A stretch of DNA of 19,230 bases from Oscillospiraceae bacterium (GTDB taxonomy: Bacteria; Bacillota; Clostridia; Oscillospirales; Ruminococcaceae): the NCBI GenBank assembly GCA_020024215.1, contig JAHHUC010000042.1, positions 1 through 19,230 of the forward strand, written 5' to 3'. Shown here piece by piece: positions 14,417 to 19,230 of the stretch. A program made the position numbers and the translations under genes. The notes beneath the pieces were generated by a model. It was not told where the DNA came from and ran no database searches. It worked only from the letters and a program-made list of their open reading frames with translations. Numbering within the stretch: the stretch's first letter is position 1; the number at the start of each line of letters is the position of its first letter.

Positions 14417-15676
14417 ATGACTATAAAAAACCAACAGTATCCTCCGGCAAAAATGCGTCAGCTCATGGAAATTTTGGGAAATCCCCAGAATGAGCTTAAA
14501 TTTGTTCATGTGGCAGGTACAAACGGCAAGGGTTCAGTTTCTTGTTTTATAGCCTCTGCACTCATGCAGTCAGGGTATAAGGTGGGGCTTTACACCTCAC
14601 CTTATCTTCAGAAATTCAATGAGAGAATAAGGGTGGACGGAAAAAGCATACCCCAAAAGGATTTGGAGGAAATTTTTTCTCTTATAGAACAAAAGGGCAG
14701 ACTGCTGCCCTCAGATCCATCTGAATTTGAAAAGGTTACAGCGGCAGGCTTTTTATATTTTGCAAGGATGCACTGTGACATTGTGGTTTTGGAGGTTGGC
14801 GTGGGCGGTCTTAAAGATCCCACAAATGTTATAAGCGACTCGTTGGTGTCTGTCATCACCTCCATAGGGCTTGACCATATGGAAAAGCTTGGAGATACAA
14901 AAGAAGAGATAGCCCTTCAAAAGGCGGGAATAATAAAGGAAAACGGCCTTGTGGCTGTGTCTTTTCAGCAGCCTGAGGTGCTCTGTGTCATAAGTGATGT
15001 ATGCAGACAAAAAAATGCCTGCATGAAAATTTCACAGTGCAATGAGGCAGTTTTGTTAAAAAAAGATTTAAACGGGCAGAGCTTTACTCTGCCCTCTTAC
15101 GGGGAATTTGAAATTTCCCTCTTGGGCAAAAATCAGATCGAAAATGCTTCTGTTGCTGTTGAAGCCTTGAAGCTCATGGAAAAAAGAGGCATACATATTT
15201 CTGACGAAGCTATAAAAGCCGGCTTAAAAAAAGCACTTTGGGCAGGCAGGTTTGAAAATGTGGGCACAGATCCCTGCTTCATTTTGGACTGTGGGCACAA
15301 CATTGACGGAATCATAAGCCTTAAAGAAAATGTAAAGGACTTTTTTCCGGATAAAAAGCCTGTTGTCATAACAGGTGTTATGAAGGATAAGGACTTTCAT
15401 AGAATATATGAGGAGATAGATGAAATAGCATCCTCTTATGTGGCTATAAACTGCGATTATGAAAGGGCTCTGCCATGCAGCGAGCTGGCAGAGCATCTCA
15501 AGGTGTATAATAAGCCGGTGTTCTCTTGTGAGATAATTGCCGACGGCATAAAAAAGGCAAAGCAGCAGGCGTTGGAAAACGATACATTTGTTTTAGCCGC
15601 AGGCTCGGTCTACACCTGCGGAGATATAAGAACAATAATAACAGGCGATGAAGAAGTGCCTGTTATAAAAATTTAA
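14417..15676 (+). CDS. folC: Folylpolyglutamate synthase/dihydrofolate synthase family protein (FolC-like, Mur ligase fold), 419 aa
   Basis: P-loop HVAGTNGKGS and Mur-ligase central motifs (VLEVGVGG). ATG lies 1 nt after the ftcD stop (TAGTATG), giving translational coupling. Confidence 0.78.
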   Translation: MTIKNQQYPPAKMRQLMEILGNPQNELKFVHVAGTNGKGSVSCFIASALMQSGYKVGLYTSPYLQKFNERIRVDGKSIPQKDLEEIFSLIEQKGRLLPSDPSEFEKVTAAGFLYFARMHCDIVVLEVGVGGLKDPTNVISDSLVSVITSIGLDHMEKLGDTKEEIALQKAGIIKENGLVAVSFQQPEVLCVISDVCRQKNACMKISQCNEAVLLKKDLNGQSFTLPSYGEFEISLLGKNQIENASVAVEALKLMEKRGIHISDEAIKAGLKKALWAGRFENVGTDPCFILDCGHNIDGIISLKENVKDFFPDKKPVVITGVMKDKDFHRIYEEIDEIASSYVAINCDYERALPCSELAEHLKVYNKPVFSCEIIADGIKKAKQQALENDTFVLAAGSVYTCGDIRTIITGDEEVPVIKI

Positions 15677-15694
15677 TGATATGGGGGAATCACA

Positions 15695-17224
15695 GTGAAT
15701 AAGGTAATTATAGGAAGTGAAAATCTCACATTACAGGATTTTGTAAATGTGGCAAGGTTTGGCTATCAGGTTGAGCTTTCACAGGATACAATCGAAAGAG
15801 TTGAAAAGTCCAGAGCAGTTGTTGACGGATTTGTTGAAAATGAGGATGTCATCTATGGAGTTACAACAGGCTTCGGAAAATTCTCCAATGTAAAGGTTTC
15901 ACAGGATGAGTGTGCGCTTTTGCAGAAAAACCTCATTATGACACACGCTGTGGGAGCAGGAAAGCCCTTCTCAGAGGAAGTTGTAAGAGGTATGCTGCTT
16001 CTTAGAATCAAGAATATCAGCAACGGTTTTTCCGGCGCCAGATTGGTTCTCATCACAACAATGGTTGAAATGCTCAATAAAAATGTAATTCCCCACATCC
16101 CCGAAAAGGGCTCCTTGGGTGCATCAGGTGACTTGGCGCCTCTTTCCCATATGATCCTTCCCATGATAGGCATGGGCAAGGCTTATTATAAGGGCGAATT
16201 GATGAGCGGCAAGGAGGCAATGGATAAGGCAGGAATCCCCACAGTGGAATTATCTGCCAAGGAAGGTCTTGCACTTATCAACGGAACTCCCGCCATGACA
16301 AGCGTGGGTGCTCTGGCACTTTATGATGCTATAAATCTTGCAAAGGCAGCAGATATTATCGGAGCTTTAAGCGTTGAAGCTCACAACGGAATTATAGATG
16401 CCTTTGACAAGAGACTTCACGAATTAAGACCTCATAAGGGACAGGTTAAGACTGCCGAGAATGTAAGAAGGATTTTGACCAATTCCCAGATGACCACAAG
16501 ACAGGCAGAAATAAGAGTGCAGGATGCTTATTCTTTAAGGTGTATGCCTCAGGTTCACGGCGCCAGCAAGGATGCCTTGGAATACATATTAGAGCATGTT
16601 GAAATCGAGCTTAATTCTGTGACAGACAATCCCATTATTTTTGGTGACACAAATGAGGGTATTTCCGGCGGAAACTTCCACGGACAGCCTATGGCAATCC
16701 CCTTTGACCTTTTGGGAATTGCTGCTGCCGAGCTTGCAAATATCTCCGAGAGAAGACTTGAAAGACTTGTAAACCCTGCATTGTCAGGACTTCCTGCATT
16801 CTTGGTTGACAACGGCGGTGTAAACTCCGGCTTTATGATTGTTCAGTATTCAGCTGCCGCACTTGTTTCCGAAAATAAGGTTTTGGCACATCCTGCATCT
16901 GTTGACTCAATTCCCTCCTCTGCCAATCAGGAGGACCATGTTTCTATGGGTACTATTGCAGCAAGAAAGGCATTTGAAATTGTAGGAAATGCCAGAAGAG
17001 TTTTGGCGATGGAGCTTATGTGCGCCTGCCAGGGAATTGATATGAGAGGCAAAAAGGATTTAGGAGACGGAACAGCTCCTGTATATGATGCAGTGAGAAA
17101 GGTTTGCCCCTATTTCGATAAGGACAGAGAAATCTATGATGACATCAACAGAGTTGAGGAGCTTATCAAAAACGGTGATGTAGTTTCCCTCTGCGAGGCA
17201 AAGGTCGGAAGCTTGAATGTTTAG
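15695..17224 (+). CDS. hutH: Histidine ammonia-lyase (histidase)
   Basis: MIO-forming Ala-Ser-Gly motif GSLGASGDLAPLSH. 509 aa. GTG start with RBS GGGGGAA 5 nt upstream. Confidence 0.9.
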   Translation: MNKVIIGSENLTLQDFVNVARFGYQVELSQDTIERVEKSRAVVDGFVENEDVIYGVTTGFGKFSNVKVSQDECALLQKNLIMTHAVGAGKPFSEEVVRGMLLLRIKNISNGFSGARLVLITTMVEMLNKNVIPHIPEKGSLGASGDLAPLSHMILPMIGMGKAYYKGELMSGKEAMDKAGIPTVELSAKEGLALINGTPAMTSVGALALYDAINLAKAADIIGALSVEAHNGIIDAFDKRLHELRPHKGQVKTAENVRRILTNSQMTTRQAEIRVQDAYSLRCMPQVHGASKDALEYILEHVEIELNSVTDNPIIFGDTNEGISGGNFHGQPMAIPFDLLGIAAAELANISERRLERLVNPALSGLPAFLVDNGGVNSGFMIVQYSAAALVSENKVLAHPASVDSIPSSANQEDHVSMGTIAARKAFEIVGNARRVLAMELMCACQGIDMRGKKDLGDGTAPVYDAVRKVCPYFDKDREIYDDINRVEELIKNGDVVSLCEAKVGSLNV

Positions 17225-17247
17225 CTTTTAATATTTGGTAAATAAAA

Positions 17248-17285
17248 CAGGGCGGCAGCACTCCTTGCTGTCGCCCTGTTTTTGT
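17248..17285 (+). terminator. Rho-independent terminator of hut operon
   Basis: cagggcggcagc-actcctt-gctgtcgccctg, a 12-bp stem with one G:U, then TTTTTG. Confidence 0.75.
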
Positions 17286-17344
17286 ATATTGGTAAGTGCA
17301 GAGCTTATGCCAACATCATATTTAAAAGCTCTCTGCCAAGAGAT

Positions 17345-18007
17345 TCAGCAGAGTATAGTGGAAATGCTGTGCATAAGAACACGCAATATGTTATCTCCAT
17401 TTTTTATTTTAAGTATATGCACAGCTGAAAGATAGCCGAAAGCAAGAATATCCTTAAAAAACCATTCTTTAAGGCCGTCATCTGAATCTGCCGGACATAA
17501 CATTTTGGCAAAAGACCATATATCGTCCGGCACCTGACTTATGGGGGATGGATAATAGCTGTGCAGTCTTACCAATTCCTCAATATCTTTATTCCACTCT
17601 TTTTCATCAGCTTTATATCTCCTGCCCAATTCAGCCAGCTCATCACAGCTATACCATTTTCTTGGAATAATAAAATCTGTGCCCAATATATGATCTACTG
17701 AAATTGCCATTTTTTCAAAGGCTTTATTCCAATTTTCTTTTAATACCCAATCTGATACATCAAGATACCAATTTTCTATCCCGTTTTTTCCTAAACAAAC
17801 AGACCGCCAATCCTCATATACATATCCGCTCAATTCCTTTATACCGTCAAAATCATTTGCTGTGCAAGTTTTTATATTATTAGAAATTATTTGCAAGGCA
17901 GGCAGAAATTTTGCAGATGCAGATATATTCTGTGCTCTTAGCATGGCAATCATTTCATTGATTTTCTGCCTGAGTAAACAGAGCTGGCTTTTTTGAAGTA
18001 TTATCAC
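17345..18007 (-). CDS. Hypothetical cytoplasmic protein, Trp-rich, 220 aa (no family recognised)
   Basis: GTG start with a perfect GGAGG 8 nt upstream. No signal peptide or TM helix. Convergent with hutH. Flanked by a 340-bp AT-rich spacer. Confidence 0.6.
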   Translation of the reverse strand: MIILQKSQLCLLRQKINEMIAMLRAQNISASAKFLPALQIISNNIKTCTANDFDGIKELSGYVYEDWRSVCLGKNGIENWYLDVSDWVLKENWNKAFEKMAISVDHILGTDFIIPRKWYSCDELAELGRRYKADEKEWNKDIEELVRLHSYYPSPISQVPDDIWSFAKMLCPADSDDGLKEWFFKDILAFGYLSAVHILKIKNGDNILRVLMHSISTILC

Positions 18008-18347
18008 GGTGTTTTCCTCCCCGGCATTTATGTTTAATTGCTAAGTGCAGTAAAGATAGCCACTAAATCCATCTATCGGCACAATATGCCGAAAATATTA
18101 ACACTTCATTTTTCTGTCACTTTACAAATTCTGATTTTACAGTTCTGATGTAATTGTATTTTATCATATAGGCTTTTAAAAATCTATTTGTTTGCACTTT
18201 ATTTTGCAAATGGCAATATCTTCTTAGTGTGCTGTTTTGCCATATATAAGCATTACAGCAGTTTAACAGGTGAAGCAAAATTACTATTTTGAATGATCTA
18301 TTATGGATTTGCTGTAAATTAAGCAGCCTTGCCTCATAAAGAGTAAT

Positions 18348-18821
18348 TTACAGAACCACAGCTTTTCCCTCAGGATAGTCACCATCCCATGAGCATGGGA
18401 AATATCCTTCTTCATAAATTGTAAGAAGCTGACAGAAAAATCCCTGACAGTTCAAAAGCTTTTCTATGAATGACCATGATATATCTCTTTTGACCATGTC
18501 CGGCATTTCGTCATCTAAGCCGGATTCATTTTCCAAATGGCACTTTTCTATAAATCGGCACCACTTTTTCCATATAATATCACCGATTTCAAGTGAAATG
18601 ATGGTGAATATTTCGTCTATGGCTTCATCACCTATCCGGGAAATTGCTTTGTTCTCCAGTTCTGTGATGTTTGGTTCCCAGGTATTGAGCGTCTGCTCAT
18701 TCCATGTGTCATATGCTTCAAAAACTGAAAATATCATATGATATTTTGGGTCGGGCTCTCCGCTGTTTTTAAACCAGTCTATATTTCTGATTTCCTGCAA
18801 AAATTGTTTGATGTCCATCAT
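18348..18821 (-). CDS. Hypothetical small acidic cytoplasmic protein, 157 aa (immunity-protein-like features; family not recognised)
   Basis: ATGATG start with GAGGAGG 5 nt upstream. Highly acidic and Trp-rich. Distinctive C-terminal GYFPCSWDGDYPEG. Confidence 0.6.
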   Translation of the reverse strand: MMDIKQFLQEIRNIDWFKNSGEPDPKYHMIFSVFEAYDTWNEQTLNTWEPNITELENKAISRIGDEAIDEIFTIISLEIGDIIWKKWCRFIEKCHLENESGLDDEMPDMVKRDISWSFIEKLLNCQGFFCQLLTIYEEGYFPCSWDGDYPEGKAVVL

Positions 18822-19004
18822 ACATACCTCCTCAGCAAACCTTACATAACAGCTTTAATATAAGTTATGGCATTTATGTAATGGGAAAAAAAGCTTGTTT
18901 CATGTCATAAGCCTTATTTTAAATGATATATTTTGAAAAGTAAAATAAAAAAGTGATATATTTATTTTAATAATTTGGATAATGTCTATTATAAGTTGGA
19001 AAAA

Positions 19005-19223
19005 TTATGACCTGATTTTATCTTCTCCCCCATTTATTGAGGGCGGCTTATTGTCTTCTACAGGCTTTGTACCATCATCAACAGAAATATTTGTATCTGT
19101 TATATTCTGTGAGTTTTGTCCACTGTCAACCGATACTGCAAGGGCAGGCGACATAGTTGACATGCACATCAACAAACACAGAGCGATACTCAACCCTTTC
19201 CTGAAGATTGTGCTTCTTTTCAA
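19005..19223 (-). CDS. Small secreted protein / N-terminal part of a secreted protein (signal peptide), window-edge
   Basis: MKRSTIFRKGLSIALCLLMCMSTMSPALA|VSVD has n-, h- and AXA regions, with a polar Asn/Asp/Ser-rich mature part. The TTG start lies 7 nt from the window end, so no RBS can be checked and the frame stays open upstream. Confidence 0.3.
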   Translation of the reverse strand: MKRSTIFRKGLSIALCLLMCMSTMSPALAVSVDSGQNSQNITDTNISVDDGTKPVEDNKPPSINGGEDKIRS

Positions 19224-19230
19224 GTTAAGT

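Noticed and set aside
16309-16326. TGGCAC-N5-GATGC, a sigma-54-like -24 element inside hutH
   Set aside because: The -12 TTGC element is missing, and it lies inside coding sequence.
1-19230. CRISPR arrays, IS elements / transposase or integrase genes, rRNA
   Set aside because: No regularly spaced direct repeats, no terminal inverted repeats flanking a transposase-like ORF, and no rRNA-like conserved stretches were seen.

Overview
A 19.2-kb chromosomal segment, low-GC Firmicutes/Clostridia-like (strong GGAGG-type ribosome-binding sites; GTG and TTG starts used). From left to right it holds: (1) a tRNA-Pro(UGG) on the minus strand with a textbook sigma-A promoter and terminator. (2) An unknown lipoprotein. 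(3) A translationally coupled YedF-like (TusA/DsrE) plus DUF3343 pair, predicted to handle Se/S trafficking. (4) A Na+:alanine symporter (AGCS family). (5) A small orphan protein. (6) A minus-strand three-gene operon SPFH/band-7 protein -> double zinc-ribbon membrane protein -> TPM-domain protein. This resembles a PspA-less YdjI/YdjG/YdjH-type membrane-stress module, with a 7-3-7 palindrome in its leader. (7) A PAS-domain sigma-54 enhancer-binding protein, followed directly by a canonical -24/-12 promoter driving a histidine-utilisation operon hutU-hutI-ftcD-folC(like)-hutH. This uses the formiminotransferase route and has an embedded folylpolyglutamate-synthase paralogue. (8) After the hut terminator, two orphan acidic hypothetical genes with long AT-rich spacers, and an edge-truncated signal-peptide ORF. 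No CRISPR array, IS element or rRNA gene is visible. The most interesting parts are the SPFH/Zn-ribbon/TPM module, the sigma-54-wired hut operon with folC, and the right-hand orphan-gene islet. All protein-family calls come from motif and architecture recognition by eye and need confirmation by HMM or BLAST search.
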